Made by a program: the position numbers and the translations under genes. Under the pieces are notes generated by a model, which saw only the letters and a list, made by a program, of their open reading frames with translations, had not been told where the DNA came from and did no database searches. From the NCBI GenBank assembly GCA_963666285.1, contig OY762711.1: a stretch of DNA of 64,000 nt; one strand, given 5' to 3'. Of the stretch, positions 20,940-32,082 are shown one piece after another (the first letter of the stretch is position 1; each line of letters begins with the position of its first letter). Origin of the DNA: Sedimentisphaerales bacterium (GTDB lineage: Bacteria; Planctomycetota; Phycisphaerae; Sedimentisphaerales; SM23-30).

Positions 20940-21929
20940 TCAAAGGTCTTCAGAAAAATCTACATACCATTTTTTCAGACCGGCGACCATCTGTTCTCTG
21001 GTTTTAGCAAAGATAAGCTCCATCATCATCTTTTTGCGACTAGGATGACGGCGAGCGTATTTGGCCATAAATTTGCGGAAATAACGTACGGCACCAATCT
21101 CTTCGCTATGCTCCAATATACGGCTAAAATGTTCGGTGATAACATCGTACTGCTCGGCAAGATCCGGGGGGGCAGGTAATGGTTCACCGTTGAGAACGGC
21201 CCTGCAATCACTAAAAATCCACGGGTTGCCTATCATGCCGCGGGCCGCGATCACCCCGTCAATACCCGTTTGCTCCAATCTTTCCTTAATGGTCTGTGCA
21301 TCCATAAGATCGCCGCTGCCGATAATAATACTATCAGGGTACTTTTGTTTGACCTGCTCAATGATCTTCCAGTCAGCTTCGCCTTTATAAAGCTGCATCG
21401 TGGTACGCCCATGAATATAAAGTGCTTCCAATCCGATATTTACAGCCCCTTCGCAAATCTGCCAGAATTTCTCTCGAGACTCTTCTGAGTTGTCAAAACC
21501 GCGACGCAGTTTGACAGAAAGCGGGCATGAAACAACATCTCTTACAGCTTTGATTATTTCAAGAACACGCGATGGGTCTTTAAGGAGAGCTCCTCCCCTG
21601 CCGCGACGAACAACTTTCGGTGCCGGACAGGCAAAGTTCAGGTCCACAATATCATAACCAAACTCCACCAGGGCTTTTGCTGCTTGGGCCATAACCTCAG
21701 GCTCTGTGCCGCATATCTGACCGCCAACCGGGTGGTCGCCGTCTATAACAGTGAACTCCGGCTTGCGAAGAACTTTCTTATAAGCAGTCGATTTATCCAG
21801 CATAAGCCCGCCAAAAGTAAGCTCACAGCCAAAACGGCGGTTGATCATTCGCATAGCGGTATCGGAATAGCCGCTAAGAGGTGCAGCTATTACTGGTGAC
21901 GAAAGAGTGATATTTCCTATTTTTAGCAT
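20940..21929 (-). CDS. dusB: tRNA-dihydrouridine synthase (DusB-like)
   Basis: APLSGYSD, DLNFACPAPKV, HGRT and RGMIGNPWIF motifs; start taken at MLKIGNI (21929). Confidence 0.88.
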   Translation of the reverse strand: MLKIGNITLSSPVIAAPLSGYSDTAMRMINRRFGCELTFGGLMLDKSTAYKKVLRKPEFTVIDGDHPVGGQICGTEPEVMAQAAKALVEFGYDIVDLNFACPAPKVVRRGRGGALLKDPSRVLEIIKAVRDVVSCPLSVKLRRGFDNSEESREKFWQICEGAVNIGLEALYIHGRTTMQLYKGEADWKIIEQVKQKYPDSIIIGSGDLMDAQTIKERLEQTGIDGVIAARGMIGNPWIFSDCRAVLNGEPLPAPPDLAEQYDVITEHFSRILEHSEEIGAVRYFRKFMAKYARRHPSRKKMMMELIFAKTREQMVAGLKKWYVDFSEDL

Positions 21930-22088
21930 AATAAAGTAATAAGTATCAAATAATAAGATATAAGCCAAGAGTATTTGTTTGTATGAAACAAACTCATGGA
22001 TAGCGATATCACATACGGTAATTCTGAGTTGCTTCATTCATCAAGATTATGATTGAAGATAATGCTCTGAAATCACCTCATCTTTAGC

Positions 22089-23372
22089 TTACAAATTGAA
22101 TTTTATAACGCCGTTGACGATAGTACAGATTGGTCTGGCTGGCAGTTCCCAGCCGTGCCATGGGCAATTCCTGCTTTGAGATTTGAAATTGTTAACGTCA
22201 ACAGACCATTTCATATCCGGGTCAATTATGGTTATATCGGCATCAGCACCAACAGAAAGAGTACCTTTATCGATATTAACAATCTGTGCCGGTTTGATAG
22301 TCATCATTTCGATCATTCTCGGCCAGTCACATACCTTTTCCTCAATGAGAGCTTTTGCATACAGGCCGAAAGCACAATCCAGGCCAACAATGCCAAATGG
22401 AGCGGTCAGGAACTCAAGCTCTTTTTCGCTAAGCAAATGAGGAGCATGGTCGGTAACCAGACAATCGATAGTACCATCTGCAACTGCTTCACGTACAGCC
22501 TCCACATCTTTCTGACGACGCAGCGGCGGATTCATCTTGTAGTTGGTGTCATAACCGTAAACACATTCCTCAGTGAGCAGCAGATGATGCGGGGTAACTT
22601 CTGCGGTAACAGCAACACCTTCGGCCTTGCCCTGTCGCAGAATCTTGACAGCACCGGCAGTTGAGATATGCTGGGCATGGATACGTCCACCGCAAGCCTT
22701 GGCAAGCTGGATATCACGCTGGAGCATAAGTTCTTCGGCCAGATGGCTCATGCCCGGCAGGCCCAGCACGGTAGCATGGTAGCCGGAGTTCATAACGCCG
22801 CTGCCGGCAATAGCATTACACTGGCAATGCTGCATAAGAACCTTATCGAACATTTTTACATAATTGAAAGCTTTGAGCATAACAGCGGGGTTCTGGACAC
22901 CGCTGCCATCATCGGTAAAGGCAACAGCCCCGGCACGAACCATCTGGCCCATCTCGGCGAGCTCTTCGCCGCTGCGACCCTTGGTAATGGCACCAGAGGC
23001 AAATACATTGGCCATATTGGCACGAGCTGCCTGGCGATAGACAAAATCAACCGTAGCTTCGCTGTCTATAGCCGGTTCGGTATTAGGCATGCATACAATA
23101 GAACTAAAACCGCCGGCAACCGCAGCAGCAGAACCGCTGGCAATAGTTTCTTCTTCTTCGTCGCCTGGTTCACGCAGATGAACATGAATATCAATAAGGC
23201 CTGGAGCAACAATCATGCCCTTGGCATCGATGACTTCTGCACCTTTGCTGTCAGCCGCCAGGTTTACACCGACAGCTTCAATTTTACCGCCGGAAACAGC
23301 TACATCAGCAACTTTGTCAATATTATTCGCAGGATCAATAATCCTGCCATTTGCAATAATCAAATCAGCCAT
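22089..23372 (-). CDS. pyrC: Dihydroorotase
   Basis: PGLIDIHVHLREPG, MPNTEP, KMNPPLR and TDHAPH motifs. Confidence 0.95.
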   Translation of the reverse strand: MADLIIANGRIIDPANNIDKVADVAVSGGKIEAVGVNLAADSKGAEVIDAKGMIVAPGLIDIHVHLREPGDEEEETIASGSAAAVAGGFSSIVCMPNTEPAIDSEATVDFVYRQAARANMANVFASGAITKGRSGEELAEMGQMVRAGAVAFTDDGSGVQNPAVMLKAFNYVKMFDKVLMQHCQCNAIAGSGVMNSGYHATVLGLPGMSHLAEELMLQRDIQLAKACGGRIHAQHISTAGAVKILRQGKAEGVAVTAEVTPHHLLLTEECVYGYDTNYKMNPPLRRQKDVEAVREAVADGTIDCLVTDHAPHLLSEKELEFLTAPFGIVGLDCAFGLYAKALIEEKVCDWPRMIEMMTIKPAQIVNIDKGTLSVGADADITIIDPDMKWSVDVNNFKSQSRNCPWHGWELPARPICTIVNGVIKFNL

Positions 23373-23712
23373 AGAAGTTTAACCTCTTAGCATATAATAA
23401 CTTAAAATAGCATCCAACCAGAAGCACCGCAAGCATATCCTGGACAGCCCTTGCTGGTAACTCGTTATATGGTAATCGTTTCAGTAATAATATGCTATAA
23501 AAAACTCTATTGTCCAATAATCAAGATAAAATATAAGTATTTATGCATAATTGCTGTTTGTGTCCTATAATATCTTGTTTTTCAATATTAGCACGCTACC
23601 TGGTATCCCATAGTATTATCTGACTAAATATCCAGGAAGAACTTTCCGAAATAACTATACATAAAGGCAACATAAAAAAATATTACCCTTTATTGGGCTT
23701 GAGGTAATAAGA

Positions 23713-24120
23713 ATGGCAATTATGCAATGGTCTGATGAACTATCTATTGGCATGCCGGAGATAGATCATCAACATCAGACGATAATAAATATTATCAATA
23801 AAATTCACAGCAGCTACTCTGAAAATAAAAATAATGAGACAATGAATAAACTGCTGCCGGAACTGAAATGGTATGCCGAAGAACATTTTAAGCATGAAGA
23901 GCTGCTAATGCTGGAAACAGATTTTCCACACTACAAAGAACATAAAGCAATTCATCAGGAAATGCTGGAAAAAGTAAATAATCTCATCCAGGTATATTCA
24001 AAAAATGAAATACCTGACGGAAACGAAACACTAAACTTTTTTGTAAACTGGCTAACCGGCCATATCAAAGTAGATGACCTCAAGCTTGGTAAACATGCTA
24101 ATATAGCTGCAGCCCAGTAA
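23713..24120 (+). CDS. Bacteriohemerythrin
   Basis: WSDELSIGMPEIDHQH, HFKHEE, HKAIH and WLTGHIKVDD di-iron ligands. Confidence 0.92.
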   Translation: MAIMQWSDELSIGMPEIDHQHQTIINIINKIHSSYSENKNNETMNKLLPELKWYAEEHFKHEELLMLETDFPHYKEHKAIHQEMLEKVNNLIQVYSKNEIPDGNETLNFFVNWLTGHIKVDDLKLGKHANIAAAQ

Positions 24121-24171
24121 TATTGTAAAATAACTTTTCAACAGTATATAAGAGAAAGCAAGGAACAAAAA

Positions 24172-24576
24172 ATGTCAATAATGCAGTGGACAGAAGATTT
24201 GTCAGTTGGTGTAACAGAAATTGACTACCAACACAAAGCTCTAATCAATATCATCAATAAAATTCATTCCTGTTATTCAAACGAGGGAAGTCGCGATAAT
24301 TTAATTTCACTGCTTCCTGAGTTGAGCTGGTATGCCGGAGAGCATTTCAAAAATGAAGAAGAATTTATGGAAAATAACGGGTATCCTGACCTGGAACAGC
24401 ATAAACAAATCCATGCATCCATGCTAAGGCAGCTTGGCCAATTAATCGCAAAATGCCAAAACGGCAACAATCTGGCATCAAGCGAGACTTCGGAATTTCT
24501 AAAAAACTGGCTGATCAATCATATCAAAGTTGAAGATCATAAATATGCCAAACACGCACAAACCGTTAAGGCATAG
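24172..24576 (+). CDS. Bacteriohemerythrin (tandem paralogue)
   Basis: IDYQH, HFKNEE, HKQIH and WLINHIKVED motifs. Confidence 0.92.
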   Translation: MSIMQWTEDLSVGVTEIDYQHKALINIINKIHSCYSNEGSRDNLISLLPELSWYAGEHFKNEEEFMENNGYPDLEQHKQIHASMLRQLGQLIAKCQNGNNLASSETSEFLKNWLINHIKVEDHKYAKHAQTVKA

Positions 24577-24610
24577 TTCAAGCCAATAGTGTTGAGCTAG
24601 ATTAAAAATC

Positions 24611-24645
24611 TACAGGCAGGTAAGTCATGAAAACCACCTGCCTGT
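24611..24645. terminator. Hairpin between convergent genes
   Basis: tacaggcaggt...acctgcctgta. Confidence 0.55.
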
Positions 24646-24681
24646 AAGAAAATTTATTTAATTGTAATCATATCCCGATTG

Positions 24682-27315
24682 TTAAGGATTAACATCTATC
24701 AGCCAGTTTTCTGCCATGGCCGCAAAGTCGCTTAGATCTACCCTGCAGTCCGGCATTCCGCCGGGACCGGTAATATCGCCAACCGGATATGGATGTTCCA
24801 AGTCGCCACAGACCGGACCAAGCGGAGTATCAACACTTAACTTATACAGACCGGCCGCATCAGAAATTTTTATTAGATGAAGACCGGCAGACAAGTCAAA
24901 TGAATACTCTTCAACTTCCGCCCTTACATTGGCATCATAAATTTGCGACAATGTTCCTGTACCTGTTAAAGAATACAGTCTGAAATGCATATAAGAAGAT
25001 GTGACATTTTCATACATCAATTCAAATGCCCCATCCTGTGGAACAATAAAGCTATACCAGTCAATATCATCACTTGTGGAAATAGTATTCACAGTTATAC
25101 TTCCATCATGTTCAACAGGAGTAACTTCTAATTCTTCAACAACAATAGTATAAAAACTGCTGGTGCCGCCATCGATACTGATATAATAATCGCCAGATTG
25201 AGGGGCAGCAAACATATAACTGGATGAGTTATTGCTAACTAGATTGTTAAAATTGCTGTCATAAAGATCGAATGCAGCAGATGAACCAACGGCACCACGG
25301 TCAATAGTAACCTGGTAAAGCTTCCATTGATCTGCAGCAAATACAAAGGTGTCAATATCACCATCTTCCAGATTGTCAGGGCAGGTAGTTCCGGCAAGCG
25401 GAGCAGCATCAACTATTATCTCCTGCGGACTATCAAATGTTTCCGGGTAATAATCCGGAGGCGTAACGTCTAAAAGATCAACACATATTGTGTATTCTCC
25501 AGTATATTGTGAACTGCTATTTGGACCACTTCCAGCAACATTAATATAACAAGTAGCATCGCTAGTCAAAAAAACTGTAGAAGAAATTGGCGACGAAGTT
25601 AAATAAGTGAACACATGCGTACCACTTGACGAAGAAAGATCTATTGGAGCTAAAGATCCTTCAGATGCCTCTTGATATAAATTACAATACCGATATCCAC
25701 CTCCTGTTGTAAGTGTTATCTCATACCGACCATATTGGACAGGAGTGAAAGCGAACCAATCCTCATCGCCAGCTTCTCCAATAAAACCTCCTGTAACTGT
25801 GCCATCAGCAGCGATTGGAGTCAGCGGAATTTCTTCCACCCATATTTCATAATAACTGGAAGAGCCGCCATCAATACTTAAATAATACTCTCCTGTATAG
25901 GTAGATGTAAATATCTTTTCTGTTGTATTACTCACAAGATAATTAAATGAATCATCACATAGATCAAAACCTGCAGATGACCCTACCGCTCCTCTACCCA
26001 AAACAACTCTATACACACGATCAGCTTCAGTAGCGAAGCTAAAACAATCAAAATCAAAACCTTCCAGATTATCCGGACAGGTTGTACCGGCAAGTGGAGC
26101 ATCACCAACTATTATCTCCTGTGGACTATCAAATGTTTCCGGATAATAATCCGGAGGTGTAACATCTAAAAGATCAACACATATTGTATATACTCCAGTA
26201 TCTTGTGAACTGCTATTTGGACCACTTCCAGCAATATTAATATAACAAGTAGCATCGCTAGTCAAAAAAACTGTAGAAGAAATTGGCGACGAAGTTAAAT
26301 AAGTGAACACATGCGTGCCACTTGACGAAGAAAGATCTATTGAAGCTAATGATCCTTCAGATGTCTCTTGATATAAATTACAATACCGATATCCACCTCC
26401 TGTTGTAAGTGTTATCTCATACCGACCATATTGGACCGGAGTGAAAGTGAACCAATCCTCATCGCCAGCTTCTCCAATAAAACCTCCTGTAACTGTGCCA
26501 TCAGCAGCGATTGGAGTCAGCGGAATTTCCTCCACCCATATTTCATAATAACTGGAAGAGCCACCATCAACGTTTAAATAATAATTTCCTGTATAGGTAG
26601 ATGTAAATATCTTTTCCATTACATTGCTTGCCATTGCATTCATGCTACCGTCATAAAGATCAAAAGTAGCATTTGCCCCAATTGCCCCATTAACTAGTAA
26701 AACACTATACATATGACCTGATTCTGTAGCAAAGCTGAAACAGTCAAGATCAAAACCTTCCAGGTTATCCGGACAGGTTGTACCGGCAAGTGGAGCATCA
26801 CCAACTATTATCTCCTGTGGACTATCAAATGTTTCCGGATAATAATCCGGAGGTGTAACATCTAAAAGATCAACACATATTGTATATACTCCAGTATCTT
26901 GTGAACTGCTATTTGGACCACTTCCAGCAATATTAATATAACAAGTAGCATCGCTAGTCAAAAAAACTGTAGAAGAAATTGGCGACGAAGTTAAATAAGT
27001 GAACACATGCGTGCCACTTGACGAAGAAAGATCTATTGAAGCTAATGATCCTTCAGATGCCTCTTGATATAAATTACAATACCGATATCCACCTCCTGTT
27101 GTAAGTGTTATTTCATACCGACCATACTGAACCGGAGTAAAGACAAACCAATCCTGGTCACTAGTAGACGTTATCTCACCTTCTACTACAGTACCATCAG
27201 CAACAATAGGTTCTGCGGTTGATTCATCGTTACCATAATCCGGACTTTCCGCCATAACCATACCACACAAACATACCAGAACCAGAGCCAACATTCTTTT
27301 CGTTTTGTTGAACAT
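24682..27315 (-). CDS. Secreted acidic protein with tandem PPC-like beta-sandwich domains and a C-terminal dockerin-like motif
   Basis: Signal peptide from MFNKTK (AAGGAA RBS); DxDWF/DxDxF PPC-like motifs; three 232-aa repeats; GDITGPGGMPDCRVDLSDFAAMAENWL tail. Confidence 0.8.
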   Translation of the reverse strand: MFNKTKRMLALVLVCLCGMVMAESPDYGNDESTAEPIVADGTVVEGEITSTSDQDWFVFTPVQYGRYEITLTTGGGYRYCNLYQEASEGSLASIDLSSSSGTHVFTYLTSSPISSTVFLTSDATCYINIAGSGPNSSSQDTGVYTICVDLLDVTPPDYYPETFDSPQEIIVGDAPLAGTTCPDNLEGFDLDCFSFATESGHMYSVLLVNGAIGANATFDLYDGSMNAMASNVMEKIFTSTYTGNYYLNVDGGSSSYYEIWVEEIPLTPIAADGTVTGGFIGEAGDEDWFTFTPVQYGRYEITLTTGGGYRYCNLYQETSEGSLASIDLSSSSGTHVFTYLTSSPISSTVFLTSDATCYINIAGSGPNSSSQDTGVYTICVDLLDVTPPDYYPETFDSPQEIIVGDAPLAGTTCPDNLEGFDFDCFSFATEADRVYRVVLGRGAVGSSAGFDLCDDSFNYLVSNTTEKIFTSTYTGEYYLSIDGGSSSYYEIWVEEIPLTPIAADGTVTGGFIGEAGDEDWFAFTPVQYGRYEITLTTGGGYRYCNLYQEASEGSLAPIDLSSSSGTHVFTYLTSSPISSTVFLTSDATCYINVAGSGPNSSSQYTGEYTICVDLLDVTPPDYYPETFDSPQEIIVDAAPLAGTTCPDNLEDGDIDTFVFAADQWKLYQVTIDRGAVGSSAAFDLYDSNFNNLVSNNSSSYMFAAPQSGDYYISIDGGTSSFYTIVVEELEVTPVEHDGSITVNTISTSDDIDWYSFIVPQDGAFELMYENVTSSYMHFRLYSLTGTGTLSQIYDANVRAEVEEYSFDLSAGLHLIKISDAAGLYKLSVDTPLGPVCGDLEHPYPVGDITGPGGMPDCRVDLSDFAAMAENWLIDVNP
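25130..27150 (-). repeat. Three intragenic direct repeats with a 696-bp period
   Basis: 'attacaataccgatatccacctcctgttgtaagtgttat' recurs at 25681, 26377 and 27073. Confidence 0.95.
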
Positions 27316-27843
27316 TTCCTTTTTCCTTTCTGCCCCTAAAGGCATATACCAGATTAACACACTAATGCTATATAGAATAAGTAAATAAAGACTTATCAAA
27401 AATTGAAACAAGGTGCAAACGAAATCCAGATACAATGACATTTGTCATTTTATCTGAACATAGTAATTGCCTCAACAAAAAAACATGCAACAAAGTTATA
27501 AATCACATTTGGCAACAATTATTCCACTCACAACCACTACAATCAACACATTTGCCCCAATTTTACAATAAAACGTCAAAAAAAAACAAAACAAGGTTTA
27601 TTTCGAAAAAAATCATTAAAATTGGCCTGTACTATTCCGTGCAGACCTGGTTAAAATAAACTTTTACTAAGATAAATTGATAACAAAAATCAGCTAGAAC
27701 AGTCATTCCCTGAGTTCAACATCGAAATACCCAGTCAGTTATGCTGATCGTAGATATGTTGCTGTTGGTGGTACTAAAGTTGAAATCACAAAAAAACATT
27801 TGAAAGCCTGTAATTAACTCTATCCACCACATCACAGAATATA

Positions 27844-27872
27844 AAAAGGCCCGGAGCAAAAGCCCCAGGCCT
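27844..27872 (-). terminator. Intrinsic terminator
   Basis: Minus strand aggcctggggc-tttt-gctccgggcctttt. Confidence 0.65.
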
Positions 27873-27933
27873 AATCCTTTAATTACATACATGCCGCAGC
27901 ATAAGTGCTATACTGCAAAACATTCAACAACCA

Positions 27934-30078
27934 TTAGTTATTATCATCATAGATACGATGAGAATCCATCCAGGTTGCTGCAAAGATTGCAAAGTCAGGC
28001 AGGTCGATTACACAGTTGCCATTGTAATCATAAGGTAATGATTCCTGGTCATAGTCACATACCCAGCCGCCTGCAATATTCATATAATCCTGAGCAACTT
28101 CCTCTGTTGTCAAAGCGTAGTTATAGATTTTAACTTCGTCAATCTTACCTTCGAAATATGGATCCACTGCAAATTGGCTCTTAGCGAAATAGTTCAGCTC
28201 TGGATCTACATCGATAGGATCAATTGTTGTTTCCTCATTGATACCTAACATTTCACCATTAACATACAGTTTGGCAGTGTCGCCGGAAAGAGTAACAGCA
28301 ATATAAGTCCATTCATCCTGAACCATTGCAAAGGTAGAGTCAACTATCTGCTCATCGCCGCCATTACGAATAACAAAACGAACTGTATTACCATCACTTG
28401 GTGTCAGGAATACATAGTGAGTATCATCATTACCAAAATCCCATATACGCTGGAATGCGGAGCTACCTGACCATTTGGCCCAGCATGATATAGTCATATC
28501 ACCATAGTTTACTGCACCGGCAGGAATCTGGCCATATACACCATTGGGATCATTTTCAGAAGGATTAACAAAGCTCATACTGCTTGCACCCAGCTCGACA
28601 TCTACAACATCAGTATCTAAAACTGGAAGACCGATAGCTGCCTCATCATCACTCATCAGAGCCATGTCCCAACCATCAACAGTATCAGGAGTAGCTCCTT
28701 CACTGACAGATTCGATTGGATAATAGCTAACCAGCCTGGCTACCATCGCATGGCCGGAACCGGTTTCCTCATTAGATACAGAACCTACTGTATTAGAACC
28801 AACACAGTAGAATACACCTTCATCAGCAAGCTGCATATCCAAAATTGTAAGAGTATCTGTTGTCACACCGGAATATTCAGCTCCATCTACCAGCGGCTCT
28901 GTTTCGCCAACCTTGTACCACTGGAAATTTGCAATATTAATAGCCCTACTAAGGCCAAATACAACTGGAGAACCGGCTTCGGCAACACCAACTTCTGGAA
29001 CAACATCACCGATAACAGGATGTTCCGGCACTGTCCTAAAGCTGGAAACCGGGGTAGGTGATATCACATTAGAACTGGCATCATAAGCAATTACTTTCCA
29101 GTAATATACCGTGTCATATTCCAGGTTGGCAGATAATTCGCTTTCCAGGTCAACCGTATATTGCTCTCCGTTTGTAACTGCCATGTCTTGCACTAGTGAG
29201 TATTCAGCCCAGCTCAAGTTAGGATCAGGATACGGTGCCAACTGTACATCTACAGATACAATCCTTGGATCGGAAACAGTAAAGCTCAAATCATTTGAAG
29301 AGTTTTCAGGTTCCACATTAATTTCACCTTCACCCTCAGGAACATCTACACCACCATCAGCAGGTGAATTATTTTCTACTGTCAGAATCCTGATATTGTC
29401 AACTCCTATAAAGTTCCAGGAATCAATCGTCAATTCATACTGATGTATACGAAGGAAAAGTTCGCCGCTCCCTGCTGATGATAAATCAAACTGCCATACT
29501 TCTTCTTGCCCAGGATCACCGGTTGTCAATACAGATGTCTTGGTAACCTGGTCAACCACTGTTACTCCTGATGCTCCAAAAATATCAAGAGCTGCTCCAT
29601 TTTCCGGAGTAAAAGTACCATTTGATTCCAGAATTGTGAAAGTCAAACCAATTTCCAGTGGATCCGCACCCTGATCTGTTAGGCGAGCCCAATCAAACGC
29701 TATTTGGATGACAGTATCTCCAGCTTCCTTTGTGCCGATACTTTGATATGCCCAGTTATTTTGTAAATCCGTTCCTAAATCACCAGGATCAGGATTAGTA
29801 TTGATATTATCAGCCTCTCCTGACAATACCAGAACACCACCTTCATTATAAGAGGAGCCGGCAATCTTTACCCAGGCATTATACCAGCTGTATGAATGAA
29901 TATACCAGCCTACTTTATTCACCTCAAAATCCCAGATATCGGCTGCTACAACAAGACCGTCTTCGTCATATTCTGTATTAGCCTCAAAATCTCCATTTGT
30001 AATCCCAAGCTCTGCTTTTAAAACACCAGCAAAACATACAATAAAACATACCAAAACCAACAGAAATGTTTTTTTCAT
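27934..30078 (-). CDS. Secreted protein with Ig-like, LamG-like jelly-roll and dockerin-like domains
   Basis: Signal peptide; FQWYK...DEGVFYC (Ig); FQRIWDFGN...FEGKIDEVKIYNYAL (LamG); DYNGNCVIDLPDFAIFAATWM. Confidence 0.85.
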   Translation of the reverse strand: MKKTFLLVLVCFIVCFAGVLKAELGITNGDFEANTEYDEDGLVVAADIWDFEVNKVGWYIHSYSWYNAWVKIAGSSYNEGGVLVLSGEADNINTNPDPGDLGTDLQNNWAYQSIGTKEAGDTVIQIAFDWARLTDQGADPLEIGLTFTILESNGTFTPENGAALDIFGASGVTVVDQVTKTSVLTTGDPGQEEVWQFDLSSAGSGELFLRIHQYELTIDSWNFIGVDNIRILTVENNSPADGGVDVPEGEGEINVEPENSSNDLSFTVSDPRIVSVDVQLAPYPDPNLSWAEYSLVQDMAVTNGEQYTVDLESELSANLEYDTVYYWKVIAYDASSNVISPTPVSSFRTVPEHPVIGDVVPEVGVAEAGSPVVFGLSRAINIANFQWYKVGETEPLVDGAEYSGVTTDTLTILDMQLADEGVFYCVGSNTVGSVSNEETGSGHAMVARLVSYYPIESVSEGATPDTVDGWDMALMSDDEAAIGLPVLDTDVVDVELGASSMSFVNPSENDPNGVYGQIPAGAVNYGDMTISCWAKWSGSSAFQRIWDFGNDDTHYVFLTPSDGNTVRFVIRNGGDEQIVDSTFAMVQDEWTYIAVTLSGDTAKLYVNGEMLGINEETTIDPIDVDPELNYFAKSQFAVDPYFEGKIDEVKIYNYALTTEEVAQDYMNIAGGWVCDYDQESLPYDYNGNCVIDLPDFAIFAATWMDSHRIYDDNN

Positions 30079-30951
30079 TTTTCAGTCTCCATTTTTCTCG
30101 AATTACACCAGTTAAAACGTTCCTTTGTATATTTAGAACTCCACGAACACACAAATATTTAGACGTCCAGTAACCTCCTTCCAGAAGAACCTGTAAAAAT
30201 AGCTGAAAAGCTAATCATAGATAGAAATAGTCTTTTATATTTTTGAACTTATTATAATTTTACAATATTTATACAATAAGGTATAGAATAAGACCTGACA
30301 AATGACTGAATTTAGCGCATATTGCTCCAGATTATAAGTATTTACTGAAATAGAATTAATATAGCAGAATCACAAATACCTCTTTACCACTTTTAGACTA
30401 ACACAATAACAAGTCTCACGAAAGCGCGCAAACACACACAGTCAAGTGACTTACACAACAAAGCCAAATAACTGTACATTGTATTATTTGCATCCAAAAA
30501 ATATTATATTGCGCGAAATACGCTATATAACTTGAAATTTCATTGAACTAATTAAAATTAGCAACATTAACTAAGTCCAGACGCCCAAGAATGACGCCTA
30601 CACAGGACAATAACTTAGTCAATACTAATACATTTTACCTAACCGCAAAATTATTTTCAATATTATTTTTTAGGCAGATAAAAACGCCCCGGAATGATAT
30701 TTTTCTGGTTTCCAGATTCCATTCCAATGACATTCCATTTACTACCTTAAAGCAGAATCTGGCCAGACTGTGCCGCAAGTTAGATAGTGATATATCTCTC
30801 CGCAGAATTAAATTTACATAAGAAAATGATGCTGAACAGCCAAAAGTGCGATACCACACAATACTGTATCTCTATAGTAATTATCAAAGCGATAATAACA
30901 CAATTTCTAATACACCATATACTAAATAAAATTAAGTAAGAAATGTGATTA

Positions 30952-31971
30952 TTATGCTTTCACATATTTCTGTTCAAACTTACTTATCGAACCGGCCTGA
31001 CCGGTCATAATAATTGTATCGCCTACTCTCAAAATAGTGTCAGGATGCGGGTTAAACATATTGGTGCCATCTCCGCGAGTAACAGCAATAACGAGAATGC
31101 CAAGCTCCCGTGGCAGATTGGCATCGCGAAGAGAAACTCCTTCCAATCCGTCTTTTTCTCGTACAGTATACTGGTCCGCTTCGAGATCAATTCCATGTGC
31201 TGCAAAATCAATAAAGTCAACCACCCCCGGTCTGGTCATAATATTAGCAAGCCGCGAACCGCTGATCTCATACGGACATATTGCCCTGTTTGCACCTGCA
31301 CGCATTAACCTGTTCTGACTTTCCGGACGATCGCTTCTCGCAACAATAGTAACCTTGTTGTTAAGGTCCCTGGCAACAAGAGTAGCAAATACATTCGATG
31401 CATCATTGCCAAGTACACAGATAACTCCCCTGGCCTGTTCGATGCCGGCACTCTTTAAAACATTCTCATCTGTAGCATCACCTAACACATAAAGCAGTCC
31501 GGCCTGTTCTGCCTCTGAGGTATACTCGCTATCTTGGTCGATAACCACTATCTGCACTTTATGCATCTTGAGGTTTTCGCATACTGATGAACCCATACGA
31601 CCGTAGCCGCAAACGATAATATGATCTTGTAAAGAAGCTATTTTTCTGTCCACTTTACGTCTCCCAAAAACACCACGAATCTGACCTTCTACAACAGCAC
31701 TGGTAATAATAGTAAGGGATATCATTGCAGTAGCAATACCGCCTGCAATCATAATAATTATCCATATTTTTTCCAGTTCCGATAAAGGGTCAGCTCCGCT
31801 TGGAGCCATTCCAAGAGTACTAACAGTAATAAGAGAAAAGTATAGAGAGTCGATGAAACTGCGATTGCCGAGCAATGCAAAACCCATCGTTCCAATAACA
31901 ACGACACCTACCAGCAGCAGGAACGCTACCATAATATTTTTCAATGATGACGGTATTTTTTTTACAGGCAT
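30952..31971 (-). CDS. Potassium channel protein with TrkA-N/TrkA-C (RCK) domains
   Basis: TVSTLG pore segment, IVCGYGRMG Rossmann motif, C-terminal RCK-C. Confidence 0.9.
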   Translation of the reverse strand: MPVKKIPSSLKNIMVAFLLLVGVVVIGTMGFALLGNRSFIDSLYFSLITVSTLGMAPSGADPLSELEKIWIIIMIAGGIATAMISLTIITSAVVEGQIRGVFGRRKVDRKIASLQDHIIVCGYGRMGSSVCENLKMHKVQIVVIDQDSEYTSEAEQAGLLYVLGDATDENVLKSAGIEQARGVICVLGNDASNVFATLVARDLNNKVTIVARSDRPESQNRLMRAGANRAICPYEISGSRLANIMTRPGVVDFIDFAAHGIDLEADQYTVREKDGLEGVSLRDANLPRELGILVIAVTRGDGTNMFNPHPDTILRVGDTIIMTGQAGSISKFEQKYVKA

Positions 31972-32082
31972 ACAGCATTTTTCGGCTATCTATATGCTGT
32001 TACTTGAGTTAAAGAAATGAAATATGACCCAACTCAGCACAAAATATTAAAAATAATATGTATTTGATCCCAAAACTACCCG

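Noticed and set aside
22155..23390. Long + strand ORFs opposite pyrC (similarly 2790-3419, 40737-41501, 59094-59648, 60022-60609)
   Set aside because: Antisense shadows of well-supported genes.
25130..27150. Diversity-generating retroelement TR/VR pair
   Set aside because: The repeats are in-frame domain duplications, differences come in blocks, and no reverse transcriptase is present.
30100..30950. Long AT-rich intergenic region with short ORFs
   Set aside because: No repeats, strong stems or convincing coding signal seen; likely a regulatory region for the LamG protein gene.
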